A stretch of 64,000 nucleotides of DNA from Gordius albopunctatus (GCA_964276515.1 OZ193910.1:3100001-3164000); one strand, 5' to 3'. Counted from the stretch's first letter, positions 49,501 to 62,560 are shown. Numbers and translations are program-made. Notes: a model not told the origin generated them from the sequence alone.

Positions 49501-50749
49501 AAAAAGTCATATTATCAATGGTATTAACAGGAACAATATATTATTTAAATTAAAAAAAGAAAATTTTTTGGCTTCTCCGGGATTCGAACCCCACATCTGG
49601 ACAGGCATAAGCCTTTGGGGTGGGCACTGGGACCCATATCAGTAGAGGCATAGGTATTTCTAGGGGAGGGCATAGGGTAATTATTATCAATGGTAATAAA
49701 AAAAAAACGAAACAAAATTTTTTGATTCACACTATGGCCAATGGTCATTTTTTTCATTGGTCAGCAGCCAACGGACGGCCAAAAAGCCATATTATCAATG
49801 GTATTAACAGGAACAATAATTAATTTAATTTAAAAAATAAAAAAAATTTGGCCGCTCCGGGTATCGAACCCCATATCTAGAGAGGCAAAAGCGTTAAGCT
49901 TGTGTAGATGCGGTCGCGTTACACGTTTGATGCGTGATACGTTCGGTGCGTGACATGACGGTGTGTGACACGTTCGGTGCGTTACTTCGGAAAATGGAAA
50001 GTGAGCCCATAAATTGTATAGCAATTAATATCAACCTTTCTTGTTCCTAAGTTTGGCACGTTAAAAATTCTAATCGAAGATGAAAGAAGCATCGTGAAAA
50101 CTCCGGTATCAGAATTTTTAAAGAAATCCATGCAAGAAGATCTTGGCTCTTCTTGCATAAGTCGTCCACCTATGAGCGATCCAGCTCAGGTGTGCAACAT
50201 TAAGAAAATATCTATTGGTGAGGCAGATATGGATATCTTCATTTGGGAGGATTATGAAAGGGTAAAAATTGAGGATTTCAACGAAGCTGATACTTATCTT
50301 AAATTAAATCTAAAACCTAAAGATGCTTAGCTACATGTAATTTCATGATGGAAAGAACACCAACTTATGCTAACAAACTTAAAAAGAGTTACCTTCAGTT
50401 TTTGTCAATTCCATCCATCAGTGCTACGAGTGAACGCATATTCAGTAAGGCAAGTCGCCTTATAGAATTGAGAAGAACGAAATTTTGCCTTATAGAATAG
50501 ATAGTCTTTTATTTTTAAACGATAATATTAAATTATAATTTTCGATTAAAACTGATTTTATATGCTATAGCTAAGTTCAATACAAAAATGGTTTTTATAC
50601 AAATAATAATTTTGAAACAACGTAGATTTGTTTTTATTCGTGCGGGCCTGATGCGGCGCAATTTTTAAGTTTGTTTTAGCTGGCCAAAAAAATATTTGTG
50701 CGGGTATGGGTCGGGCCTGAACCTAAAATTTTGGCCCATGCAGACCTCT
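46587..50749 (+). mobile_element. Decayed hAT element interrupted by a Helentron-type insertion
   Basis: TIRs TAGAGGTCTGCATGGGCC / GGCCCATGCAGACCTCT. Transposase remnants KASIELEAD*TPTFYKVLP, YHK|ISTFLVPKF and FLSIPSISATSERIFSKASRLIELRRT. Confidence 0.85.
47115..50027 (-). mobile_element. Non-autonomous Helentron-type (HINE/DINE-1-like) element with internal ~300-bp tandem units and cargo
   Basis: Inserted in an A/T run without TSD. 5' subTIR ATTGCTATACAATTTATGGGC with its inverted partner at ~47206. 3' stem-loop CGAGGGC-CGAA-GCCCCG next to a T-run. Relatives at ~10906, ~31380-31460 and ~61494 carry GTCC/GCCC microsatellites. Confidence 0.75.
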
Positions 50750-53700
50750 CGTTTAGATCTCGTCTCGGTCTAGAAAAATCTTGGAAAATTTATACTATCT
50801 TAAGTTTCCCTCAATTTATTTAAATTAATGTATAATTGAAAAAAAAATTACGAAAATCAAAATGGTGCAACCATTTTTTATTCAAAAACCTTTATAAACG
50901 TATCATTTGCATATTTGAACTAGATTGGGCACTTAGTAAGCATTGGCAAAAATAAGTAATGTTTTTCAGATAAATAAGTCAATAAAATAGTTGTAGCCCT
51001 CTGAAATAAACTTCATCACTTCCTTCCTAAAAAATGTATTGCAGTTTATTATAATATTATAGAAACCGAAAATATATGATTATATATTTTATATAAACAA
51101 TCATAATATAAGTAATTAGTTGCACGCAGTACAACGTTGACAACAATAAATGTAGCAAGGGCCGCCCCCCCCCCCTCCCCTAAATGGCGAAAAAAAATTC
51201 AATGCAAAAAGCCTTAAAAATTTAAAAAAATTATGTTTTGCCCCCCCCCCCCCCCCGAATCCAAAACCTGTCTACGCCCATGAAATATAGCATCGCTACT
51301 GTACTCGTCGTAGGAATAAGAGTTTTGAGGTTTTCAATAAATTGCACACAAATACTTTTACATTCAAAAATGAAACAAACCCATAATAATTCCGCCACAG
51401 AATCTTATCCTCATATATTAGTGTAGTGCCAACTTGCACATAAAATTCAGTTGATTAAAGTTCATTTGCCAATCCTAACTTTATAATGTGAAGGGTATAA
51501 TGCAAATGACAAATTTCAGAGGTGTACCATGAGTGTTCAGGCTTAACAAACTCTCAGTAGTTTCATGATATTATATAGGCATTTAAGAGGAATGTTTAGG
51601 CAAGCTCGCCCCACATTAATATAAATCCTTTTTCATCATTTAATTATGCCCTATTTTTATTCAACCTACCTTTTTAATTGCTGTGACCCTGACTTTTTGC
51701 ATTCGCATAAAGCATAGCTAATGAAGAATGTTATTAATAATTTTGGTAGCTCATTAAAATTTTCCGCGATTTGATAAAACATTATTAATCAGTATATAAT
51801 TTTTTCCGGCTTTTGGGATATAAGACATTACATGTGCTCTTAGCTCAGCCCTAGACTGCTGCTTTTGGTACTTACTGCCTGTCCCCCCCCTCTTCTCGCG
51901 TCACAAAAATGAATGACTAGGCTGTTATTTCACCTGCAAAGTCACTTTTTATAAACCGGAACTCGACCCAGAATTTGTTTAAAATTTTAAACCCCAACCA
52001 GAAGCGTTTAATTTTTTTACTGAATCCCTCCCGAACGGTTTTCAACTTTTGGTAGTCAACGCGCTTGTAAGGAAAATTGGGATGTGCAAAATTTAATCGA
52101 CAAATCAAAGTAAAATTTATGAAACTAATGCCACAGATTTTTACTACTAAATTTATTTGAGTGATTTATTCACTATGTCGGATAAAATTCAATTTAGTAA
52201 GGTCTATCAGTCCGATTATCCAATTAAAATTTTTTCTACTTTATACATTTTTTTCTCTATCATTTTCTTTATCTTATTTGGTTTTATATCCTCATTCGCT
52301 TGAATGAGAATTAAAAGTGTTACAGTTATTTATAATAATACCAATGATAGATAATATTAATATATAGTTTTGCAAATAAACAATCAAAATCAAAATTATT
52401 TTATGTGCTTTATGAATATCAATTGCTATTATACGATTTATGGGCTAGCTTGTTATATGTTTCTAAATTAAAATTAAACTAACACTTCACATTATTTGGA
52501 TACTTTAAAAAAATTAAGTGTGATAGTTCTTTTATAGTTATAATAATTTTAAATCCACGTATTATTATTTTTTTTATTAATATCAGTATTAAATTATATT
52601 TTAAAAGACATAGTTTTACAAATGAACCATTAATTAAATTGCTTGTTTATGTATATATATGTAGGTAGTTTAAATTATTAATAACTAACTCTCTACTATT
52701 TAAACACAATTAAAAGTATTATTTTTTTGACATATTTTGCTTTTCACGAAATAAACTAAAGGAAATTAATTATATGAATGTTCTTGATAAATTATACATT
52801 TCAATATAAATTAAAAATTTTATGTATAATAGCATTAAAATAAAATATATGTCACGTGTATTTTGCAATTTAAAAATCCAATCTCACTCCACCCGAAAGC
52901 ATCTCAAAATTTTCAACAATTACAGACCAGAAAACATTTCATAATTTTCAACCCGAACTTTGATCCAACCTGAGGTCGGGTCAGTGTCGGGTTTCCGGCC
53001 ATCCGTGCAGGCCTCTAGAAAGATCCTGTTTAATTATTCCAGAAAATTAAATAAAACTCAACTTAACTATTTTGTTGTAGTGAAGAAAGCTTTGATTATG
53101 GTGGATGAATTAAAACGGTGTAGGAATTTTAATGGGTAAAACAACTCATCGTCTATATAAACCATAAGCCTTTAATAGATTTGCTTTGAAAGGATAACAT
53201 AAAATGTTGATTTTTCTAGGTTACGCCCTGAGGATAATAGATGATATTCACTAATAAATATTCTTAATTTATCACAGAGAAGATTAAAGTGGATTAACCG
53301 ATGTTTTGACCCAGTGAGGTATAAGAGATACTATTAGGTGGTCACTTAATATAAGCCTTTGCAAAACTGATAGAGATATAGGCTAAATCTCGAAAACACA
53401 GAATCCCGAAACTACGATAATGCTATTGCTACGATTTTCTAATTTCCATATGCTTTTAGTTTTAAAGTTTTATCACATCCCCAATAATATTATGCACCTT
53501 CAATGCATTGATTCAAGAGTTAGAGTCATGTACAACCTTCAAAATTTACTTATGTATAAATCATATTTAATTTGTTAAAATTTATACAATAAAACATTTA
53601 GTATTTGACTTTTTTAGTAAATAAGGATTATATTTTATATATACAATTATGTACCTTTCTCTTTTAAGAGGGCATCAATTAATAAACAATAATGTTTAAT

Positions 53701-55413
53701 TACAAGCAAAAATAAATATAGTCTTATTGCAGATATTAAATTTTTCAATATCTACAAACATATTAATGCAGTCTTAATTATTGATGTATGTTAATTTATC
53801 TTAATATTTTACAAGACATTTTATTCAATAATATATTCAAGGTGGTTTCTATCTCAAATTTTTTAAAAGGGCTGTAATTAATAAGCACTAATGTTTAAAA
53901 TTATTACTAGTAAATATAAATATAATCTTATAACTTTTTGAATATCTAGAAACATTAATACAGTCTTAATTAAGTTTATTGATTTACGATTGGAATAAAT
54001 CCACAACAATCTATATAATTTATTCTATAATGTAATTTTAAACACCTAATTCTTTGGGCTTTAGCTTTCTTTCAACTTTATATAAAATATTGCTATTGTT
54101 AATTTGTATAATTTTTGTTTCCATATTTCTCTGGTGTTCTTTTAAAACTTGGAAAAACTATATATATTTGGATGTGGTTGCTTTATTCATTCATGGCATT
54201 ATGGAATCCTTCTAAATGGTTATCCATAAATTATAAGGAAATTTTGCATTATCATTCACCCAAACATTTTTAATATATCTTAAAAATCTTCTCAAACTGG
54301 CATTAGTGAGATGTTCTGAGGAAGTCATATATTTGTTATAAACTACATCCACATCTTTTTCCCTGAGATATGGTGTATTGCATATTTTCTTAATAACTTT
54401 TAGGATATTTTTGCGTATTTGCTCAAGTGATCTAATGCTCAAGTAATCTAAAATTTTCAAAGAATGCTTATAAATAATTAATTTTATATTTAATCATGTT
54501 AAAAACGCTTTAAAAGGTTGCAAAAACATATATTAAGCATATAATATATGAAGATTAGCTTTTTTATTGCTGCATATATATTTTCTTTCCTATTAAGCAT
54601 ATAATATATGAGGTTCAAATTTTTTATTATTTTCTTTCATAGGTTAGATTAAATGCTTTATAATAAGTTAATATGCATTTACAATACTTTATAGGGTTAG
54701 AGATATACTTATCTAATAATGTTTAAATTACAATTTTTGTGCATTAGATTATTTGAGCATTAGACCGGTTGGGTATAAATCTATTTTTGTCTTTAATGTA
54801 TTCTAAACAAGGTCCAATTTCTTAACTTTGACAATTATTGCTTGGGAGAAATGGAAATAGAAACATAGTAAGAATCTATTTTACTATAAAATTAGAGCTG
54901 TTAAAAGTTCCTTTTAAAAAGGAACTTGTCAAGTTCCAGTTCCTTTGCCCAAAATGGAACTAGTTCCAGTTCCTTTTGAAGTTCCTTTTTTAAATTTTTT
55001 TTTAAAAATGTACAAAAATCTTTTATTAATTCATAAAACCAATATATTATATATTACAATTTATAAAAATCATCAGGTAATAAATGTTTATTTGATTTTA
55101 ACAAAATATTATTTTCAAAGTTGTCATCTAAAAGACATGTTCTCGTCTCCAAATAAAATTTTGCCCAAACTAAATAATCTTTCCACAGCAACACTTAATG
55201 GTTTAGGCGTATTATATTTAATAAATAGTTTTTTAAAATGGGGAAAACTGTCTAAAAAACTTAAATTTCGGTTATTAGAAAGCAAAAAACGTTCAATCGA
55301 TTCATTCTATTCATCATTTTTTAATCAGTCATATCTAAAATCAAAAGAGTATATATTTAATATTTATAAACTTACTATTACTAGGAATATGATAAAAATT
55401 CAAAACCAATTAA

Positions 55414-56027
55414 CCCTCAAGAGCATTCCTGAAAATCCCGAACGCGAGAGCATTCGTGGGGTATATTTGACCCCATTTTTTAACTTCTTATAACTTTTAA
55501 ATTATTCTTTTTAAACCTTTCAAATTTTAAATATGTGTTTATAAAGGTATTAAGATTAATGGTATAAATTTTGATAGAAATCTAATCAAAATTACAAAAC
55601 TTATTAACAATTTTCTGGACCCCCATTTTTATTTTGGTTATTTTAGAGCTTCCACTCATTTTACCTCTTGACATCATATACCCTAAAATAAATCAAAATA
55701 AACGTGATTTTTTATTAAAACAATTTTCAAAATGTATTAAAAACACAAATTATTAAAGATATAATCAAACGAAAAAAATACATACATTTTTTCCAACAGA
55801 AAAAATTTACGTGAGAGCATTCGTGAGGTACACAGGACCCCTGTGGCCAAAAAGATGCTATATTTTAAAAAGTTGTGGGCCAAAAGTTATAAAATTTTCC
55901 TCAAACTTAGTTCTTGGTAAAATATTAGGCTACTGAAAAGGCCAGATAAATTCGCTTTTAAACACGTTTTATATTTAAGTTTATAACTATTGCGGAGTCA
56001 GTGGTACCCCACGAATTCTCACTAGGG
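55414..56027. mobile_element. piggyBac-type MITE
   Basis: TTAA|CCCT...AGGG|TTAA, with internal GAGAGCATTCGTG(G/A)GGTA repeats. Confidence 0.8.
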
Positions 56028-56044
56028 TTAAAGGAAATGAACTT

Positions 56045-56470
56045 CAATTTTTAAAGCAAAGCCGGCTTTCCCAACTCAATGGAACCCACTGGCCTAAGCT
56101 CCACTGACGGTAAAAGACCCGAGGGTGTAACGATCATCCCGTGGGCTCGTGGCCTAAACGCCTGCTGGGACTTCACTAAAGTAGATATATTTGCCAAATC
56201 TAACGCCTTTCCCGACCTCATCTCTTCTACTGAGAGAAAGAAAGTGGAAAAATACAAATATCTCAGCAATATTATTTTTGTACCAGTAGTACCCACGACC
56301 CTCGGTAATTTAGGTCCCGAGGGCAGCCAATTCCTCAAACAAACAGCAAAATTTATAACCTTCATCACACACGATCCCAAAGAATTTTTCTACATCAAGC
56401 AGAAAATCTCCATGGAAATCGTGAAATCGAATACAATCTCAATCCATGGCTCGATATTTTAGCATATAAC
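56045..56470 (+). mobile_element. 3' end of a CRE-clade LINE (restriction-like endonuclease domain)
   Basis: EPTGLSSTDGKRPEGVTIIPWARG...WDFT.VD...KYKYL...FVPVVPTTLGNLGPEG...QKISMEIVKSN matches the RLE C-terminus pattern of CRE-like elements. Confidence 0.8.
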
Positions 56471-57333
56471 ATATATAATTATTTGGAAAAAGTCAAATTG
56501 TTATTTTTTAATCATGCCATGGTAAAATATAAGTTTATAGCAATAAACCTATGGATTTAAAAAAATGAACTTTATATAAATTACCATTGAAATTGGCAAA
56601 AGGAACTTAAAAGGAACTTGTAAGTAGTTCCTTTTGCGATAAATTAAGAAAAAAAGGAACTAGTTCCAGTTCCAGTTTCTCATTTTAAAAAGGAACTTAT
56701 TAGTTCCTTTTTTTAAAAAGGAATAACTAGTTCCTTTTTTTAAAAAGGAATAACTAGTTCCTTTAACAGCTCTATATAAAATGTATAAATTTTACCTTGA
56801 ATTATAATGTCAGGGAATATTGTTTTTAGGGCTTTAATGTAGGCCATCTCAAAATCAACTTGCCTAAAATAATTTTCATCTATTTAAATAACTAAGCTTA
56901 TTGTATTTTTATTATTATCTTGTTTTGCTCTCTCAACCAAAATTTTGGTAAAATCTTGATCATATGATTGCATATTTTTTAAAATAGGTTAACTGGCGCC
57001 AAGTCTAGCATTAAAATTCGGGATTATGCGCTTTCGAGATATAGCCTAGGAATCCTGATAGAGATATTATTGTGATTAAGAAGGCTGGGGAAAAAATTCC
57101 AGAAATGTGCCACAGCAGTATAAAAATGCGCCGCGTAAATTGCTTATCGAAGACGGTGACTTAAAAATGATCGATAAAGTTATTATACCCGATATATTTA
57201 GACCCAACTTTTGAAATTTTGCATATGAGACATTTTTGAACGGCTGATAAAAACTTTTTCAGACAGTATGTATGTGGTCATAATGTTTCAATACCTCGTG
57301 ATAAGGCTGCGAGATTGCCTCGACTCGAATGCG

Positions 57334-57336
<3 letters not shown>

Positions 57337-57369
<33 letters not shown>
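57337..57369. repeat. (TA)n microsatellite
   Basis: Directly visible. Confidence 0.9.
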
Positions 57370-57373
<4 letters not shown>

Positions 57374-57576
57374 GGCACATTTGAATTATACGATAAATTT
57401 AAATTGTATCTAAAGAATTATGTTCCTTTCGTGAGTGCCTATAGAAAGAGTTTTAAGGTTGGAAATAGGTTATGGGAAATTTAAATACACCTAATTTATA
57501 TTTGGCATCTATGTTGGTAATAAGTTCTTTCAAATATAAATTTTAGATTCATTAAATATATTAAACACATTTTAAG

Positions 57577-60378
57577 ATGACTACAAGGAGGTAATTATTA
57601 GAATTTGTTGTTTGAATATATTTTATTTGATGAATTGTCATTTTAAACGACACCTATTTCTGACATAGCCATTCGGATTTTAGATTATATGAGCCAAATA
57701 CACCATCAGCTGATAATTTTCTTTTCACAAAATGAGCGATGATGGGATATCTACCGTCATATCCTATTTTAAATCATGGGGGGAAAAGGTTTTTAAGAAA
57801 CCGTCAATTTAAAATTATATATTTAGGTCAAACCTACAATCGAATCTATGAAGGCAGACTTTCTTGAGATAAAGGATTGTGTTCTTCCTAATTCAGATTC
57901 AAATTCCTTTATTCAGGATACTACCAATTTGGCCAAGAAACATGTATTTTTATTATATATAATGAGTTATAATTTATAGGTCTTTGATAATATATATGAA
58001 GGAGCATCTTATTTAAAAAATGGAGTAAATTCTTTTGTTCACAATTTTTCAGCTACCTCTCCTGATGAAACTTCTGGCAAATATTTCTGGGATAAGAAAA
58101 AAGTTATAATTTTTTCATATTTAGTCTCAGAAAAATAAAATATATTAATATTAGATTAAAAAATATGTATTTATTGTTTACTATATTAGGTCATGCTATT
58201 GCAAATTCAATCAAGTAATGACACCTATCTTCACAACTATTCAGAGGATGAAGATTATTTAAATTGGGACAAAAATATAGAATTGACTTTTTATGATGAT
58301 AGTGTTAAAGAGCTTTTACAAAATGATATAGTCAAAACAAAGCATGAGTCATTGGTATTAAAATTTGTTTTAATATAAAATCATTATGATTAGGTTCCAG
58401 GAAAAATTGATGATGAGACATTCTGGAAACACTATTTTTATAAAATTCACCTTGTAGAACAGGAAGAAAATAGGAGACAAGCATTGCTACAAAGGGCTGC
58501 CACTACTTTAAAAGAGGATTTAGCCTGGGATGGCAATGAAGGTATTTATTTTATTTTAATGTTAAAATTTTAATATAGTATAAAATAAATTCTATTAGTA
58601 TAATTGAATTTAATTAAATATAAGTTTCTATTAGTAAAAAATTATTGCTTCTACAACTTGTATGATTGTAGAGCTATGTAAAATTATTTATTTCTAAATA
58701 ATTCATATGTTTGTGAAAACCTGGCAAAAAATTTAGTTTATATAAGCCTAAGTAAATATTTGTTTTGGTGGCATTTTCTACAATTAAACTTTGAGACAAT
58801 TTCACCAAATGGTGTCATATATTTTTATTTGAAGCTAGTAACATTATTTTACTGTTTTGCCTCATGAATAATGCAATTTTGTATTTTAATGAAAAATAAG
58901 AAATAGTTGTTATTGTATTATTTAACAGACCATTTTTACAAATTTATTTCATAACATACATTTTGTAATTATTTTTTATAATGGTAGAAATTTAAATTAA
59001 CTATTAAAAGTTCTGATTTGGATTTCATTGCTTCCTTATTTAATTTTACTCATAAATCCATTTTAAGATTTGTGTCATGTATTTTGGCATTAAAGTCAGA
59101 TTAATCATTATTATATTTTGAATTGTGTGGCTCAGTTGCAACATTTATTTTTTTATTATATTCATTGTAAAGTGCTAACTGAATGAAAAATGATAGATTT
59201 AACTTTGTCTACCTTAAATTTTAAGTCAATGCTTTAGACATAAACAACTTAATTTTGTTTAATATATCTTACCACATCTATATATATGGCATTATCTCTT
59301 AAAACGTTATAGTCTAGGAAAATTTAAAATCTTTTTAACGTTATATTAATAAAGGCATTTTTGTGAAGAAAAAAATTCCATTGTTAAATGTCACAACGTT
59401 TAGACCATTTTTAATTAGTAGAATTCTCATAATTGATAGTTTTTGGCGACTCAGGCGGCCTGCCAGCTGTTATTTGGCGTAGCATATATATTCTATTTTC
59501 TTGGCATACCCACATTTATGTTGTTTATATTTTGAATGTCCTTGTGAGAAAAATAAGTCATTTTTATTTTTTGCTCAAGCCCAGCCTCACGTTGTTAATC
59601 GTTCGAAATTAACAATATTTAAATGCAAAATAAAAAAATATCTTCGAAATGAATGGCCTTTCAATATCTGTGTGAAAACAAGTTTACCAAAGCTATACCC
59701 TGCCCCAAACCTTTTTATTTAGAAAAAAGCGAAGTTTTTTATTTCTAAATAATGTGTTTTAGCTTGGCTTATGACAGGATGCAGATACGATTCAACAGTA
59801 ACCCATAACTACCCTCCACTTATAAAAGTCGCTATTTTTAAGTCATTTAAAACAAAAATTAGATAAACTATAAAAAGCTTCATAATATTTAAAATTTATA
59901 TTTCTAATATTGACGGGTGTATATGAACTTTTCAAATTATCTACATTGCTTCTTAGAAGTTTTTAATATTGTGTACAATTAACAGGGGGGGGGGCACTTG
60001 AGTTAGTAGATTCTAGGTTAATTTAGTCTAGCTCAGTGTTGTAAAAACGCTTTGGGTTTAGTCGAGTTAACACTGGTTAACCCTTTGGTCTTTTATGTGG
60101 CCTGTTTATGCGACCAAAGAAAACAAACGGGAAAATCTTTGGTCCATTTGTGTTTAGTCGCCAAAAACCAAGAGTCCACCGCACAAAACCCAGCAGCCCT
60201 TTTACGACACTAGTTATATGTAGCTACATAAAGTTGCTTTTTACGCGTGCACTAATTTGGTTTTGTAGATGATTGGGAATTTACATCGATTCCATCGCCC
60301 TCTTCTCATACCTCCTCGACGCCCGAGATTGTATCGAGGGAGGATGGACAAATTGAACAGGACACTAAAGGAGCGTGA
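57577..60378 (+). CDS. BSDC1: BSD domain-containing protein 1-like
   Basis: Phase-consistent exons 57577-57590, 57684-57788 (alternative ATG at 57732), 57827-57943, 57980-58102, 58190-58354, 58394-58541 and 60269-60378. BSD signature LVPGKIDDETFWKHYFYKIHLVEQEENRRQALLQRA, then acidic LAWDGNE/DDWE. Confidence 0.88.
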
Positions 60379-60841
60379 GTCTTTTTAACGAACCCCGATC
60401 AACGAGCATTTGTCATAACTGTTCTACTCCCACAATCATAACGCGGTAAATGATACAATGTCCGAACGCGCACCACCTATTTAATGTTTAATGTCATCTT
60501 TATCATATTTTATAATATTATTATTATTATATTGTAATAGCATTTTTAACCTTGATGGTACGTAATATTTTGGGCCTCATTCAATGTTATATATAATACC
60601 TAATCGTTATACCCTTCCCCACTCGTTATTTATGTTATAGAAATATTAATAGTAATGGGGTATTTATTTTAAAGTCTCTAAATACATGCAATAATTTAAA
60701 CAAAAAATCCAATACCTCTTTATCACACTAAGGTAGTCAGCTTCTTTAGGTATTTCGATGAGGGTCGACCATCGGCTATCCACACCTGACAGCCGTGTTG
60801 ACGATATGATATATTATATTTTACATCTTTTGAAGAAAGAT

Positions 60842-60895
60842 GTCGAAAGCGGGATTTGAACCCGCAAGCTCTCGTTCAAAGGCAAAGCCTATATC
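60842..60895 (-). repeat. tRNA-derived (SINE head-like) fragment
   Basis: Minus strand GCGGGTTCAAATCCCGC forms a T-arm/B-box. The 5' half is missing. Confidence 0.45.
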
Positions 60896-61493
60896 AAATA
60901 CGCCCCCCCCGGCCCCGGCCCCGGCCCTGGCCCCTTAAATACACGCAATAATTAAACTTATACCTATGAGTAAGATTGATGTTTTTACTGATTGTAATAG
61001 TAGCATTTATGTCCAAGAGATGTGCTGTCTGGAAAATTTTGGAAAAGGATTTTGCTTTAATAATACAACAACTAGAGATGATCATTATCTTATTCTCACA
61101 TCCTTTGACACCGGGTCACATAAATATTAATTACATGAGGTCACATTTATATGACACTCACCTAAAGGTCATATAAAATTTTAGGCTATATAAATTAGAT
61201 CCAATAGATATGCCATTAAAAAGAGTTTTGGATTTAAGTGGTTAATCGCATCCTCGTGTATGCTATTAATATCGTTCAAGTAGTTGGCCCAATCTTTCAC
61301 CTGATAATCAATAATATTTTAGGTACTTTGCTTGTGTCAGGGTGTTGAGAATAAAACATACACATCTGACTCTTGAGCCGTGTTTAGACTTGGTATAATA
61401 AATTGAACATTCTTTTGTGAAGCAAAAGATGAGGTTTGATGCTTGTTTAATCGACTTTGAATATCAAAATTTAACGATGAAATATATTGAATA

Positions 61494-62150
61494 TTAATTG
61501 CTATGCAATTTATGGGCTCGTTTTTTGTTGTCCGTCCGTCGTCCACCAAGTTATTTACACCGGCTTCCCGACTTGCAGGTTGGATTTCGAGACCCGGAGA
61601 GGACAAAATTTTTTTATTTTTTTTAAAATTAAATTAATATTTTGTTCTTGTTAATACCATTGATAGTATAACTTTTTGACCGTCCGCAGGCTACTGACCA
61701 ATGAAAAAAATGACCACTGGCCAAATAAATCGATATTTTTGTTTTTGAATAGTTTAACATTGATAATTACTCTATGCCCTCCCCTACAAGGGCCTATGCC
61801 TCTATTGATATGGTTCCCTGTTCCCCTCCAAAGGCTTATGCCTCTATTTAATGTGGGTTTGAATCCCGGCGAACGTTCTAAATTGATGGTTTGAGACCCG
61901 GAGATGACGAAATTTTTTTTTAAATTAAATTAATATATTGTTCTTGTTAATAGCATGGATAATATGACTTTTTGACCGTGTTCTGGCTACTGACCATTGA
62001 AAAAATGACTATTGGCCAAATTTTGTTCGAAATTTTTTTTTCGTTTTTTTTGACTCGTATGTATTTATAGACCATCTCTGGGTACTGATCAATGGAAAAA
62101 AATGACCATTGGCCAATTTTCGTTTTTTTTGACTCGTATGTATTTATAGA
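61494..62150 (+). mobile_element. Helentron-type non-autonomous element copy
   Basis: Starts ATTAATTGCTATGCAATTTATGGGCTCG...GTCCGTCCGTC and has the same internal tandem units as 49020-49880. Confidence 0.75.
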
Positions 62151-62189
62151 CCGTTGTAATGATCTGAAACGTCGACATTTCCCCCACCC

Positions 62190-62560
62190 CAGAGATGCAT
62201 CAAGATTTTAAGGATTTGAAAGATTACGAAGCATCTACTACATGTTTTTAGACAAAAAATTAGCGGTTCACCCAAAAATCGTTAAAGATTTAGAGAAGTA
62301 TTATGCTGCACAAACTGAATCCCTCAATTTCGAAGAGGAAAATGTCGAGACAGCTAGAAATATCATAAATACATGGCTTCTTGACCAAACAGCTTAATTG
62401 ACCGTGTTTTATCTGCACCCGTACCTAATAGTTTAAACAGAATGCTATTACTAAACGTTTTTTACTTTAACGCCAAATGGGAAGTTCCCTTTAAATAATC
62501 TTTAAATATTTGGAATGACACCTTTCTCGCTGCTCAAGCAAATATCATAGTCCGAGTACC
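62190..62560 (+). pseudogene. Serpin pseudogene fragment (not in the ORF track)
   Basis: MFLDKKLAVHPKIVKDLEKYYAAQTESLNFEEENVETARNIINTWLLDQT, frameshift, then IDRVL...RMLLLNVFYFNAKWEVPFK*...DTF...VRVP. This matches the serpin IN.WV..T and N..YF...W..PF motifs. Confidence 0.8.

Larger units (their letters stand above)
54893..56774 (-). mobile_element. Internally deleted hAT element nested in the MULE
   Basis: TIRs TAGAGCTGTTAAA / TTTAACAGCTCTA, 8-bp TSD TATAAAAT, GGAACTAGTTCC repeats. Minus-strand remnant FPHFKKLFIKYNTPKPLSVAVERLFS. Confidence 0.9.
53375..57054 (-). mobile_element. Decayed Mutator-like (MULE) transposon with intron-containing transposase remnants
   Basis: TIRs TAGGCTAAATCTCGAAAA..AATCCCGAA / TTCGGGATT..TTTCGAGATATAGCCTA. 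Flanking duplication CTGATAGA. Motifs VDFEMAYIKALKTIFPDIIIQG (~56800-56860), CFYFHFSQA (~54840-54866), FLRYIKNVW..FPYNLW, EGFHNAMN and HPNIY. Confidence 0.82.

Noticed and set aside
54945..55493. 182-aa plus-strand ORF
   Set aside because: It runs across hAT subterminal repeats, antisense transposase remnant and a piggyBac MITE junction, so it is spurious.
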